From the NCBI GenBank assembly GCA_040954595.2, contig CM082593.2, positions 11,359,477 through 11,423,476 on the forward strand: a stretch of DNA of 64,000 nt, written 5' to 3'. Origin of the DNA: Balanoglossus misakiensis. Taxonomy: Eukaryota; Animalia; Hemichordata. The notes under the pieces were generated by a model. The model was not told the DNA's origin and made no database searches. It saw only the letters and a list, made by a program, of their open reading frames with translations. The position numbers and the translations under genes were made by a program. Shown piece after piece: positions 11,737-25,325 of the stretch. Positions within the stretch are counted from its first letter, which is position 1; every line of letters starts with the position of its first letter.

Positions 11737-13711
11737 AGGTCCCATTGGTATAGGCCTATATACCATGGGACCTTATGGGATGGGTTGCGTCTGTATGTAT
11801 GTATGGATGGATGTATGGATGTATGGATGTATGTCTGTATGTCCGTCCACATCAAAAACTTGAAAACCGCTGCGCGTATCACCTCAATATTTGGTGTGTA
11901 GGTGCAGGCTGGGCTGTAGATGGGAGTTTGTCCAAACGAAGTTGCCAGGCCCAAAAATATGCAAATTAGCTTGTAAAATGTGAAATTGATCAAAACTCTG
12001 TAAGTCAACAATTACTGGTCAGATTGCTTTGAAAATTGATATGTATGTACCTTATGTCAACCTCACACCGACCTGTAAGTGTTAAGTTGATATCATGGAT
12101 GTTTTATTTTTTATGAATTTTTTAGTCTTTTTATTAAATTTATACCTTTACTTATACCTCTATGGTTAAGCTATGTCCACGTCTTATTGTGGAATTCTGG
12201 TCTGTGCAATAGTCCTGTTACAGTGACTGTCTATTGGCCAGTGAGCACAATGGGGCCAAAATAAAAGGCAAATTTTTGGGCTCACCTGTAACACCTGCTT
12301 AACACATTAATTATGTGCATACCTAATTCCGGGCTAATTAATAGGGCTAGAGGTTTCGTTCTTGTGGGACATGGACCAGTATAGGGTCAAAATTTCTTGC
12401 CCAAATTTTGGGTGACCTCAGGTGACCTTTGACCTACTTTCCTATATCTGGGCATCCAGAGCAGGTACAGACTTGGCGTTTGGAGGGTTGGGACTAAAAT
12501 TGAAAAGCCAAAATATGGGTCACCTGTGACACCTGCATATCTCATTAATTATGTGCATACCTAATTCCAGGCTAACCAATAGGGCTATAGGTTTGGTTTT
12601 TGTTGAACATGGACCAGTATAGGGTCAAAATTTCTTGCCCAAATTTTGCATGACCTTAGGTGACCTTTGACCTACTTTACCATATCTTGGCATCTAGAGC
12701 AGGTACAGATTTGGCGTTTGGAGGGTTGGCACTAAAATTGAAAAGCCAAAATTGGGGGTCACCTGTGACACCTGCATATCTCATTAATTATGTGCATACC
12801 TAATCCTAGGCTAACCAATAAGGCTATAGGTTTGGTTTTTATTGAACATGGACCAGTATAAGGTCAAAATTTCTTGCCCTAATTTTGCATGACCTCAGGT
12901 GACCTTTGACCTACTTTATCATATCTTGGCATCCAGAGCAGATACAGACTTCGCGTTTGGAGGGTTGGGACTAAAATTGAAAAGCCAAAATATGGGTCAC
13001 CTGTGACACCTGCATATCTCATTAATTATGTGCATACCTAATTCCAGGCTAACCAATAGGGCTATAGGTTTGGTTATTGTTCAACATGGTATAGGGTCAA
13101 AATTTCTTGCCCAAATTTTGCATGACCTTAGGTGACCTTTGACCTACTTTACCATATCTTGGCATCTAGAGCAGGTACAGATTTGGCGTTTGGAGGGTTG
13201 GCACTAAAATTGAAAAGCCAAAATTGGGGGTCACCTGTGACACCTGCATATCTCATTAATTATGTGCATACCTAATCCTAGGCTAACCAATAAGGCTATA
13301 GGTTTGGTTTTTATTGAACATGGACCAGTATAAGGTCAAAATTTCTTGCCCTAATTTTGCATGACCTCAGGTGACCTTTGACCTACTTTATCATATCTTG
13401 GCATCCAGAGCAGATACAGACTTCGCGTTTGGAGGGTTGGGACTAAAATTGAAAAGCCAAAATATGGGTCACCTGTGACACCTGCATATCTCATTAATTA
13501 TGTGCATACCTAATTACAGGCTAACCAATAGGGCTATAGGTTTGGTTATTGTTCAACATGGTATAGGGTCAAAATTTCTTGCCCAAATGTTGCATGACCT
13601 CAGGTGACCTTTGACCTACTTTTCCATATCTTGGCATCCAGAGCAGATATGCTTATTGCTATGTTGCTATGTGCTATGTCCTCAAATGGGACCACAGTGT
13701 CCTTGACGCTA
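11737..13711 (+). mobile_element. HINE/DINE-1-like Helentron-associated element, copy 1
   Basis: T-run, 5' GGTCCCA...TGGGACC inverted repeat, (TGTA/TGGA)n microsatellite, central tandem array, 3' ATGGGACC plus hairpin AGTGTC-CTT-GACGCT and T-run; no TSD; empty T-run site at about 27040. Confidence 0.85.
12270..13650 (+). repeat. Central tandem repeat of the HINE: about 6 units of 233-239 bp, partly a 472-bp dimer
   Basis: GGTCAAAATTTCTTGCCC recurs at about 12385, 12623, 12862, 13095, 13334 and 13567. Confidence 0.9.
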
Positions 13712-13879
13712 TTTTTTATGAATATGTTCTAATCTGGGACAAAAATTTGTTGCCAAGTGTCTTGACCCCTTTACCAAATGTCAGGGACCGGATTTTTTTC
13801 AGCAAAATTTCAAATAACCTTGGCTGATTTTTTACCTACTTTCACATATTGGGTAGCATGAAACAAAGTATGGCTTCCA

Positions 13880-15065
13880 GAAGGGTTATAGATACAGTGT
13901 TTTGTAATAACAAGAATTAACATGAAACTATAATTTCATGGTTATTTAGGACCGCCTTAATCTATGGTAACGTCATTAAATATTTGCATATCTAATTGTA
14001 GGCTATCCAGTGGAGGGAGAAACCTAAACATGGACAACATTGGGGTCAAAATTGTTTGACAGAACTTTGGGTGACTTTGGGTAAACCTTGACCAACATTA
14101 CTATATCTTGGCATCCAGAGCAGATGCAACCTTGACACTTGGAGTGATGGAAATGCATAATGGAGTATTATGTCTCAGCTAGTCACAGTGCTTTTGCTGT
14201 GTTTTATGTCTTTTATTTAGCCACATGAGATGTTTTTTTATTACACATTGGCTGTGTTTGCCAGTACTTTTTAGCTGGTCACACTGCCTTAAGACAATGT
14301 ATTCTCAAAATACCATGCAATCATTATGAAGCATATACAGCAGACAAAGTTATGGTATGACTGAACTTGCCCTTCTTTGTGACTAAAGCATGACCGGCCT
14401 GTCTTAGGTGGCCCCTACCTAGGGGCTTTACCCGTCATTGGCTCACAGTCTGAGAAATCAGCTCTGCAGGGAAGTTAACGATGTAACCCACCATTAAAGC
14501 TTGGATTTCCGCTTTTTGTATCTGATGCCTGGCTGAGGCCTTCTTAGGATCTACCCAACGCTGAGTAGGCTATCCCGTCATTGGCACACAGTCTCAGGGA
14601 GGGAGTCAAAAGTTCAGTATACCAGCAAAGCCTTTATATTGTCCATTCTTTTTAAGAGAAGGCTGGCTGCTGTAGAAAAATGTTGATCTCAAATTTATCA
14701 TGTCCAAAAAAGGCAGACTTCCAGCCCTATTGGTTAGGCTGGCATTAGGTATGTACATAATTAATGGGGCAAGACATCATATTCCATTACATAGTTCCAT
14801 CACTCCAAGTGTCAAGGATGTATCTGTGCCGGATGCCAAGATATAGGAATGTAGGTCAAAGTTTACCCAAGATCACCCAAAAGTTTGTCAAAAGATTTTG
14901 ACCCCAGAGTTGTCCATGTCCAGGTTACCACATCCACTAGAATAACATATGCACATATTTAATGAGGTTACCATAGCTCAAGGGGGTCTTTAATTAACCA
15001 TCAACATTTAGTTTCATATTAATGCATGTTAATATAATACACTGTATCTATAACCCTACTGGTAA
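13880..15065. repeat. About 300-bp inverted repeats flanking a 600-bp core (mirrored at about 25695-26890)
   Basis: 13880-14175 is the reverse complement of 14771-15065; the arms resemble the HINE 236-bp unit (GGGGTCAAAA...TATATCTTGGCATCCAGAGCAG). Confidence 0.8.
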
Positions 15066-15947
15066 GCCTAGAATTAGGTACATGCGAAAGTTTTTGACAA
15101 GATAGATAAGTTGTAAAATATGTACATGAACCTGACAATTGACTTAAAATAACATAAGGCAGACTTGATACTTATCGGAGATAGATACTAATAACAACAG
15201 ACTAGTGATGTTAATTACACCGGGAATGTTTGTCTTATTATAGCTACATGTAAAAGACTGCTTGAGGTAATGTAATTAAAGTGACCACTTGCGATTCACC
15301 TTCAAAGTGCTATGCAAGTCTATAGTACATTGTTTTTCCAATGATTGGACAAAGGATATTCATAATGTGTAATTAAGGCTGGATAGCATTTTCAATGTAA
15401 TAAGCCCTGCCTTCACTATAATCTTCACTTAATTTTGCAAATTTAAAAAAAATATTGAGTGTTTTGACATGCGTCAGTGGTCAGTAACACACAAGCTGCA
15501 TGATAAGAGGGTCACGAGAAATTGTAAGCCGCAATGTATAATGGATTAACTCCATGACCTATGCGACCTACGAACTGTGACGTACAGAATTTATTTCTAC
15601 GTGTAATGCGGTCAGCGGCAGTGAGCCACAGACCGCATTGCGAGAGCAGTGAGAATTCACCACAATGCAAACTTTCTGAACGTAGGTTGATCTTCGAATG
15701 AAATATTACCTTGTCACCAGTTTTCCACATGGCTACACTGTAAAATTGGGTGACGTGTTCGTTCACAAGTGGAATAATTGTGAGTAGTAATAAAGCACAC
15801 GAAGTTAAGCAACGAGCACTTTTTGAAATGCGCGCAGATGATCCCAGTTTAGCAAATTCAGGCCATTGCGTGCATGCAAAAAAAATAATACTGTACCGGG
15901 GGTGAGCCTACTTTCTTTCCATACAGATACACGTATATGTTGGTTAA

Positions 15948-16742
15948 GATGGGTCCCTAGGATCTTTTTGCTCGTTGCTATGGGCCTTTATAGGACACTA
16001 CACTCAATTTTGATCGAAACCGTTATGAACGTCCGACAAGGGGCTTGTATCTAGTTAAAAATACACACGATTGTGTGCACACCCCCTGTCCGAGTATGGT
16101 TACGGCAGCTACCGCCCGGCCATAGGCCGCCACGCTAATACGGCAAAGCAGCGGTCAGCAATAGCGTGCGCGTCCTGTAACCACAGTAACTGGATCGAAC
16201 GCTAAAAATCCAATGTTTTGTACACAGAGATTTTGTACCGTTCACGAAAATCCCTAAGGCTTTTTTCATAGGCCACGTACGCCAGCCAAATTTGACCTGC
16301 TTGTTGAGAACGCACTTCCGCATAGTGTGACGGATCGTTTTTTCGGTTTTCGTCGTGCTAAGAAGCGATACCGGTGGAAGAGTGCGTCCAAAAACACCCA
16401 AAATCGATGACTTTTTCAGGTGTGGTACGGGTATGCTGAAATCGTAGGATACAACGATAATATTTGAAAACAAAATCCGTCACGATCTTCCCTGGTTCAA
16501 GCAACTAATGAATACGCATCAAGTTCGTTTTTGAGGTCACGGAATAAAAAGCCTTAGGCTTTTGAAATTTGACCTAGCTAATTTGCATATCAATGGCGTC
16601 AGGGGGCGCGCGCTCACAATCGTGCAGATTTTCAACTAGTTACCAGCCCCTTGTTAGACTCTGAAAACGGCTTAGTCCAAATCGGGGTGTAATGTCCTAT
16701 AAAGGCCCATAGCAACGCGCAAAAAGATCCCAGGGACCCATC
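15948..16742. mobile_element. Non-autonomous TIR element with TTAA TSD (Kolobok-like MITE)
   Basis: About 55-60 bp TIR GATGGGTCCCT(A/G)GGATCTTTTTGC(T/G)CGTTGCTATGGGCCTTTATAGGACA; TTAA at 15944-15947 and 16743-16746; purine-purine start fits Kolobok rather than piggyBac (CCY). Confidence 0.8.
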
Positions 16743-17209
16743 TTAAGGTATGTGACAAACAGTTTTCATGTAACAGCCAGTGATGCTGACCATAAAACCA
16801 GCGCAGCTGATGCTTTCATCTACAATTTGCAACATGGACGTTTGTGTCTCTGCATGTGTCGTGCATGTTACTGCTGAACAAAAAAGATATGCGGGCACCA
16901 CAGGCTGGCGAAAGCGGTGCTCACGTGCTCTGCAAGCTGATGTTGTCACTAAATTGGCAAAGTATTGTACACATGGAGGAGTTTCTTGAGCTGTCTGTTG
17001 TATAAATGTCGGTTGTGAGTACATTATTTTTTATTTTTTTTAAATAATTTTCAAAGCCCCTATGATTGAAGCATATTATTACGACTCATCCGTTCATCAT
17101 TCATTCATTCATTCATTCATCCATTCAGTCAGTCAGTCAGTCACTGTACCAATTGAAGACGCCCTTGTATAGGAGAATTTAGCTATGTACTGACTGTCTT
17201 TTCATTTTT

Positions 17210-18481
17210 AGGTCCCATTGGTATAGGCCTATATACCATGGGACCTTATGGGATGGGTTGCGTCTGTATGGATGTATGTATGGATGTATGTATGTATGTA
17301 TGTATGTATGTCTGTATGTCCGTCCACATCAAAAACTTGAAAACCGCTGCGCGTATCACCTTGATATTTGGTGTGCAGATGCAGGCAGGGCTGTAGATGG
17401 GAGTTTGTCCAAACGAAGTTGCCAGGCCCAAAAATATGCAAATTAGCCAGTAATATGTGAAATTTATCAAAACTCTGAAAGTCAACAACTACTGGTCAGA
17501 TTGCTTTAAAAATTGGTATGCATGTACCTTATGTCAACCTCACATCGACCTGTTAAGTTAATATCATGGATGTTTTATTTTTTATAAATTTTTTAGTCTT
17601 TTTATTAAATTTATACCTTTACTTATACCTCTATGGTTAAGCTATGTCCACGTCTTATTGTGGAATTCTGGTCTGTGCAATAGTCCTGTACAGTGACTGT
17701 CTATTGGTCAGTGAGCACAATGGGGCCAAAATAAAAGGCAAATTTTTGGCTCACCTGTAACACCTGCTTAACACATTAATTATGTGCATACCTAATTCCG
17801 GGCTAACTAATAGGGCTTACGCTAGAGGTTTCGTTCTTGTGGGACATGGACCAGTATAGGGTCAAAATTTCTTGCCCAAATTTTGGGTGACCTCAGGTGA
17901 CCTTTGACCTACTTTCCTATATCTCGGCATCCAGAGCAGGTACAGACTTGGCGTTTGGACGGTTGGGACTAAAATTGAAAAGCCAAAATATGGGTCACCT
18001 GTGACACCTGCATATCTCATTAATTATGTGCAAAGCTAATTCCAGGCTAACCAATAAGGCTATAGGTTTGGTTTTTATTGAACATTGACCATTATAAGGT
18101 CAAAATTTCTTGCCCAAATTTTGCATGACCTCAGGTGACCTTTGACCTACTTTATCATATCTTGGCATCCAGAGCAGGTACAGACTTCGCGTTTGGAGGG
18201 TTGGGACTAACATTGAAAAGCCAAAATTGGGGGTCACCTGTGACACCTGCATATCTCATTAATTATGTGCATACCTAATTCCAGGCTAACCAATAAGGCT
18301 ATAGGTTTGGTTTTTGTTGAACATGGACCAGTATAAGGTCAAAATTTTATGCCCAAATTTTGCATGACCTCAGGTGACCTTTGACCTACTTTTCCATATC
18401 TTGGCATCCAGAGCAGATATGCTTATTGCTATGTTGCTATGTTTTATGTCCTCAAATGGGACCACAGTGTCCTTGACGCTA
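17210..18481 (+). mobile_element. HINE/DINE-1-like element, copy 2 (about 3 central units)
   Basis: Near-identical 5' end, core and 3' hairpin to 11737-13711; flanked by T-runs. Confidence 0.85.
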
Positions 18482-20909
18482 TTTTTACTTCATCCTATAG
18501 AATCTACCGACCTGGTCGCTGTCAATAACAATTCAACTCCTTAAACATCCTGTGTGTGTGAAGTCTATGAACACTGGCCATGCATTTCAATTCAAGGACA
18601 AAATGAATGCGCAATATTTCGTTTTATCGAGAGTAATGTGCAGTGATTAAATTTGCTAGGGCTCTCTTAGCAGATTTGGAGATAGTCATTTTGGTAGAAA
18701 CTTTTCGAGATGGGAAATCTTTGGTCATCTAACCAAGTTATTTGTATTTTTGTTATATAAGACAGAGTCATTTCTATATCATAGATGCAAAATTAATTTA
18801 TAACATGAATTTGAATAAATATTTTTTTTTAAATATCACCACATGAATTTGAATAAAATATTTTTTTTAAATATCACCAGATTGAAATCTTTGGAAGTTT
18901 GCACTTAGAGGGATGGCATGGCAGTTTTCCACTGTTCATATTACAAAGAATTTGGCGTCACGTGTAGATTTCATGAGTGTTCGAGTTTTGCTCTTCCCAG
19001 CCTCGTACCCACAATCCTCTGATACTTACACTTACGTCAGTTCTATAGCCGCTGACCCACTAGATTCTCCTTATGAATTGCCCAAATTATTTTTTGGTGT
19101 AGTTTTGATAGTTGGTGCACGGAAACTTTTGATCGATTCACGAAATTCAAAATATGTTACATCACAAACCTCATAAAATGGAGGCTAGAGTAGCCTGTTT
19201 GTTTTCAGGTAATTTTACAATTACCTCAATTACCTTTTTTCGAGGGAGGGGGTTAAGAAAACATACAGATTGAAATAACAAGGAAGTGGTATATCAAACC
19301 GAAACCTTATCTCAATCGTGATTCTAGCGTGTTTCCATGTCATGTGACATCCACAAAAATGTGGTATTATCTTGAAAAGAGTCCCGATTTCCCAAACTGG
19401 TTTTGCAAATGTACTTCACTTTGGAGCAATGCATGAGTACATTCGTAGAAAGATATTGCTCCACTATTTACTGACACTCCTCTTTTACTGCAAATATTAC
19501 TGCATTCTGTCAGGGCAAGACAAAAGACACAGCAGAACTGCCAGTATTAAAACAGACAACTGGCAATTTCAATAAAACATGTAATAACAAATATATGTAA
19601 CATTGAATGAGGTGTCCATACAGCTTGGTCATTTAAAGACCTCCAGTCATTGTGACAATGCATAAATATTTATGTACACCATGTTAAAAATTAGTTCAGG
19701 CATACCTTATACATGTATGTTTTTGACGGACCATATCCTCAGCACGCCCTTTTTTTTTCAAAAAGACTAGCATTATTCTCTGCCAGGCAGAGAGTTGCCG
19801 CTTTCTTGTTAACAATAATATACTATTATAACATTGCATAGATTCCTGTTTGTTTCTGTCCATATCTCACAAACTGTGGTGTGTATACTGTTGAAATGAC
19901 CTCAAGAAGAAAATGCCAAATGGAAAAATATTTGACATACTAACCTGTATGATAATGTTATACGGTACATTATATTTAACGGTTCCAATCCAATGTTGAG
20001 AACTAAGAAAACAATTTGAGCAGAATTCATTTAAAATTAATTGCAGTTCCGTTTCACCGCATTTCATAGGATGCTGGCTAAAATTCATAGTATGGTGGAT
20101 TACCTGTTATGCATTTCTTTCCCTATTTCGTCTGGCAGATTTGAGTTTGACAAGCTGTCATTTTCCTTTCAGCTCCGCAAAATTGATGGATTTACTTTGA
20201 CAGCACACAGACTGTCCATTTGTCATCGGAGATACAAGCAGCATCAGGTGCTGAACAGCTTGCAGCAGTGTTGGAAAAGAGTACACCACACTAACTTGCA
20301 AGAGTGCTTTGGCCCTTCCTTCACACTGTCCGAAACTTGTTGTGTTACATCATTGCTTAATGAATAAGAAATACACAGGTATTTAGCGTTCCATTCAATA
20401 CCTACAATAGATAAAAGGGTGTCGGTCTGTATGCGACAATCTTCAATGTTCTTATGAGCACAAGGCTTTATTCAGGGAACGTTTTACAGTAAGAATTATA
20501 TGATATAAACTGAATAAGTTTGTTGTCTGTCAACTCTTCTGTCTTTGTCTTACCGATACGGTTCTAACCGCGAACACTGAGGCTTCTCTGCTCGTAAACA
20601 GTATAAATCAATGGATGATAAAATGCGCCCTCTTTTGGTGAACTCTTCCTACCGCCCGACCTTCTACCTTACATTAAGGCATGTAGGGCGGTCAGGTAGA
20701 TGGCAGTGTATTGCAAGCGTCTCTTGCATATTTTTTTCCGCCAGGAATGGCATACATTCGTTTTTGGCGACACCACAACTGCTGGAACTTCTCGAAAAAT
20801 TGAGAGCCGGATTTCATAAATGCTCATGTTTTCCGAAGGGCTGAAAGAAGATCCAGAGTGGAATATTTAAATTTGCCTGTGGCAGACATCATAGTGGCTG
20901 CCAGTTATT

Positions 20910-21075
20910 CTATTTCTTGTGCAAGAGATAGTATCTTGTTCCAGCGAGATGATTTCTCGTGTGCACGAGAAACATGCTATCTCGTGCATATCTTGTGCGC
21001 ACGAGAAAATTGCGAGCGCACTCGTGTTCACGAGAAAATATCACATGCACACGTCAGTCGTGCGCACGAGATAAA
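20910..21075. repeat. Cluster of palindromic TCTCGTGCGCACGAGA-type subrepeats
   Basis: TCTTGTGCAAGAGA, TCTCGTGTGCACGAGA, TCTTGTGCGCACGAGA, CTCGTGTTCACGAGA and TCGTGCGCACGAGA within 170 bp. Confidence 0.65.
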
Positions 21076-22660
21076 AAAATGTGCCCTGTAGTCTTTCTTA
21101 GGACATGGTAGCGTGACGTCGCATTGTAATTAACGGACGATCTTGGAAATTCGGCTATTAATGGTGAATGGACTTTCGCCTCCTTCGAACAACAACAGAG
21201 ACTGACGTCGCAACAATGACGGAAAAAGTGAAGCAAATGGCCGACAAAACGAAGAGAATCGGAAAACGGGCAGGATCCTCGGCACAGACATCTGAGAATA
21301 ATACCACCACATCAAATAGAACGACGAGTAGTGCAGGACAAACCGCCACCAGTGACTATGACAACAAGTCTGAAGGCGATGCTGGCGAACCCTTGCACAA
21401 TACAACTACAGTCCTACAGAGAAATGCAGCCCAGCGCCACTCAAGATTTTCCATTCCTGGTCTGGCAACAGCCAAAATATGTTGTTGTTTTTTCTCTTAG
21501 AAGCGACCTCAGTCTGAGCTGCATGAGAATAAACTGTAGGTTGGGAATACTTGGGAAAACACGGCGCTAGAAAAACAGTCATCAAAAGTTGCACGTGTTC
21601 CCCGGCTACAGAAAGTCCAGTCGATAAACGTTTACGCTATAGAAACTCACTCTCTCAGCAAAAGTCTGACACCCTCGTCAATGACAAAACGCAAACCGAG
21701 CTGGGTATGATCAAGTCAAACATAGGGCCAATCCCCACTCTGTGTTTTATTATTTTCCACATACGATGGTTCTAAATAAAAATGTACCTATTTGAAATGC
21801 TTACCGAGGTAAGATCATTGAAAGTTTTCAAACGTTGATGACAAATGTATAACTGATTTTTTACAAATAAATAATCGCGCACTTGCATGTTATTTTCTCT
21901 ATACCAGACACCGCGCGCGCGCCGTTGGCAAAAAAAAAAACGCTGAAAATTATTGAGCATGCGCAGTCAATACTTCATATTGTAAACAAGATGGCGTCGC
22001 TGCCTATGCTTCTGGACCGTTGTCGCCTGACTATGTCGGCAAAGAAGAGACGAATTTAACCATGCAACGCCATATCGGAAGATAGAATGGTCGCGAGATG
22101 AAACCGGGCTATCCAACGATTAGGCAGCCATGTTGACTGATTGGTATGTCGCCGAAGTAATTATTTGCCATTGATTTGTTTACCAGAAACGGTTTGCCTT
22201 TGAAACACATTTGGCCTCACCGAAATTGATTTCAGAGGTTTTTTTCCCAAAAACTAATGACGTTCGTTTTCACCTGAGTGCGAGGATGGATTGAAGGGAC
22301 ACAAGCTTTTGTAGCCACCAATATTTTGACACTCTTTATATCAATGTTGAGCTGGCATATTTGCTCCAATATGATGTAGTGTACCTGTTGCATTGAAATG
22401 AAGCTGTAATAATATTACAGTGCAATCTAGTCCTTTGGGTTAATAGGAAAACGAGGTCAATAAATGACAGGTTTATTTAAATACATGATATATTTATCAC
22501 AAGCACTTATGCATATGTATGAGATACTTATTTATTTTTAATTATTTTTTATTTTTTATTTATTTTGTACGTTCAGGTAATCAAATGGATTTGTATGGAA
22601 TCACATACAAATTAATTGAAGACTATCATATCACAGAAGTCGAGCCGCCAGATGTGTAAG

Positions 22661-23490
22661 GTAACCATTTAGGTTTCATGACTAAGTTTGTTTAAGAATT
22701 CATAAAGCTACCCAATGAATGAATTTCCTTAAAATTTCACAAATGTGACAGAGTTTGCAGTTGTGCAAGAAAGTGTGTATTATTCACATAAGAATTTTTT
22801 CGTATGCATTTTTCTGATGGCAATGCATTTGACTGTAAACAAATATGGATGTCAGTTAGTAGTGCTATTTTGTCAGTGAAATGGCTTCATCATCATCCCT
22901 CCAACCAAAGTTGAAACAGAGTTGCAAATATTGCACAGCTTGAAATCATAAAATGTTGCAAAATTGAACCAACCGTTTGGTCAACGATTATGTTCTTACA
23001 GCAATTATTAGAACCAGACAGTCTCAGGGAACAAGAGACATGGGCCTGATTTGCAAGTTGAGTTAGAACTGCCTTTGCCTGCCCACGGACGCCCCAATTT
23101 CAGCAAAAATTATTGCATTAAAATATGAGTATGGAGAACTATGCTCTGTGTTTCTTTTGTTAGCTTACATAGCTGTTGTCATTCTAGTTTTTCCTCTGTC
23201 CTGTGAGCAGAGTTTCAGTTGCGAAAACTGACAGTTCTCAAAGTACAAAAGTACACCTAAATTGCCTCGGTGATGAGCATGCAGAATTTATCTGATGCTT
23301 CTTACTGGCAGAAGGACCCCACCAGTTGCAGATTGTGAATTCCATGGCACAAGGGAATTTACGCTTTGCGTTCAAATATAAATAATTAAATCCTGTAAAA
23401 TTATTCTATATGTTATTTATTGATGATTCAAAAGTGTTATGACTGATTGTGTTAGAGTACCTGTATTCCATATAAGCATGCTGTCAGTGC
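22661..23490 (+). repeat. Third copy of part of the duplicated segment
   Basis: Direct match to 6124-6320 joined to 7150-7715 (no MITE), and close inverted match to about 28170-28950. Confidence 0.8.
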
Positions 23491-24039
23491 ACATCCGATT
23501 GATAACAATTTCACATTTTTAAAAATTTGCTTCTCTGAATAATTATGAATACATAAAACTTCATATGATATAAATTGTCCTGATATCGTAAACATTAAAC
23601 CCCGATGCGTGGTATAAAAGACCACCCAAATCAGTGGCGAATCTTAATGCCGTTTGACTGACAACAGACAACACCAATGATCTTGGCTCTATGAAAATCG
23701 GCCCAAACAGATCCAAGCATAAAGAATTACACCACACAACGACAGTGGTTGGCTTTATAAACACACACAACATAAAGTTATCGATGAAAAAGTACACGAG
23801 CTTTTGAAACAACGATGATTTTGGGAGAATTCTGGTTTCAGTGCTTTTCAGAAGCATCCCTGGGAAACAATAACCACACCATTCAAACAGCTGTCAATCG
23901 CATAGAGGTGTAAAGTGTTCAATTATTTTCTATGTACATGAGATCAATTACACAGTTATTATGCATGACGACCACTCCCAAATAAACAACTGTACAAACA
24001 CACGTTAATCCGAACCCCAGTGCTTTCCGCACCCGGGTT

Positions 24040-25002
24040 TAAGGCCTAATGCTAGTGTCACAACATTGATTACCAGACCGTTTCCCTCTGTATGTATGTA
24101 TGTATGTATGTATGTATGTATGTATGTATGTATGTATGCATGTATGCATGTGTTTGTGTGTGTGTGTACATGTGTGTATGCATGTTACATGTATATATGG
24201 ATGTATGTCTGCCCTGATCCAAAACATGAAACCACTTCGCGTATCACCTTGATATTTGGTGTGTAGATGGGATTTTGCTTAAATGAAGTTTTCATTGCAA
24301 AAATACGCAAATAACCTGTGAAATATGTGGAATTGATCAAAACTCAACAACTGGTTAGACTGCTTTACACATTTGTATGCATGTAGGTAATGTCATCATA
24401 CCTGATATACTTTGAGTTTATATCGTGAATTGTCTATTTTTTATGCAATTATTTTGTCTTGTTTTACCATTTGAAAAAAAATATTTTCCTCTTAAAGAGA
24501 TTGGCTGATTTCTTTAGAATTTAGTATGACACTTCCGGTAGGTGATCTTAGTTAGTTTTGTTTAAATTGTCGCAGAATTTGTAATCTGTCATGTTTGGTC
24601 AAAATTCATTTTCTGAGAAACTCCTTAGATTGCTTTTAAATTTTGGTATGCTTGTTCCAAGAGGTAACCCAAGTAATGTTGTATATCATTTTGGTGAAAT
24701 TTACATATTGTGGTCTTGGGGCAATTTTTGCAATTTGTATTCTTTGAAACTACTAGTCAGATTGCTTTCAACTTTGGTAGGCGTGGTGATTGAAGTAGAT
24801 ATTATACAATTTGTTGATAGTTGGATATATGTGGTTTGAGGCAGTTTTTGTCATTGTTGAATGTTGTTTTCCCTAAAATACTTGTCTGGTTCCTTTGAAA
24901 TGTACTTACAGTAGGTCATATCTGCTTGCCAATGTCACATGATTTTTCCCATGAACACAGACATACCTAATTTTGTGTAATCCCCAGATGGGACCACAGT
25001 GT
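24040..25002 (+). mobile_element. Degenerate HINE-like element
   Basis: (TGTA)n microsatellite, core GCGTATCACCTTGATATTTGGTGTG as in the 11.7 and 17.2 kb copies, 3' ATGGGACCACAGTGT at about 24988-25002. Confidence 0.6.
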
Positions 25003-25325
25003 GTAATAACCTGACCAACAGTGACTAGTATATCCTGTGTGTTATACAGTACTTCTCACAAGGTTGAAGTACATGTAGACTGTTGATGATTTTTTGCGAT
25101 TCTTCAGAAACTTACAATACAGAGTCTAATGTGGTATCGTCCTTGGTCACATTCAGAACTACCTAGTCTATGCCCGGCAGTGTTCTGTCCGCTTTGCTTC
25201 CAAAACTAATGTCTGGCCTCACTCATGCCACTTGCCCAATAAACTAATACCCCTTGCTGGGAATTATGATGTAACTAGCGTCGCTTTGAAGCCTATCACA
25301 TTACTGAACAGTGTTGATTTGGTGT

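Larger units (their letters stand above)
4891..15425 (+). repeat. Left arm of a large diverged inverted duplication (partner 25326-30615), expanded by later insertions
   Basis: Collinear reverse-complement matches: 4891-6320 to about 28750-30615, 7150-7700 to 28140-28750, 8560-8782 to 27640-27870, 11134-11735 to 27045-27640, 13712-15425 to 25326-27045. Confidence 0.85.

Noticed and set aside
9709-12011. ORFs with CVCVCMYV or TYIHT runs (also at 17229-17488 and 24039-24266)
   Set aside because: Translations of HINE microsatellites.
19870-21780. Short ORFs, including 20041-20367 and 21168-21500, possibly decayed transposon coding sequence
   Set aside because: Broken frames and no convincing motif; too weak to call.
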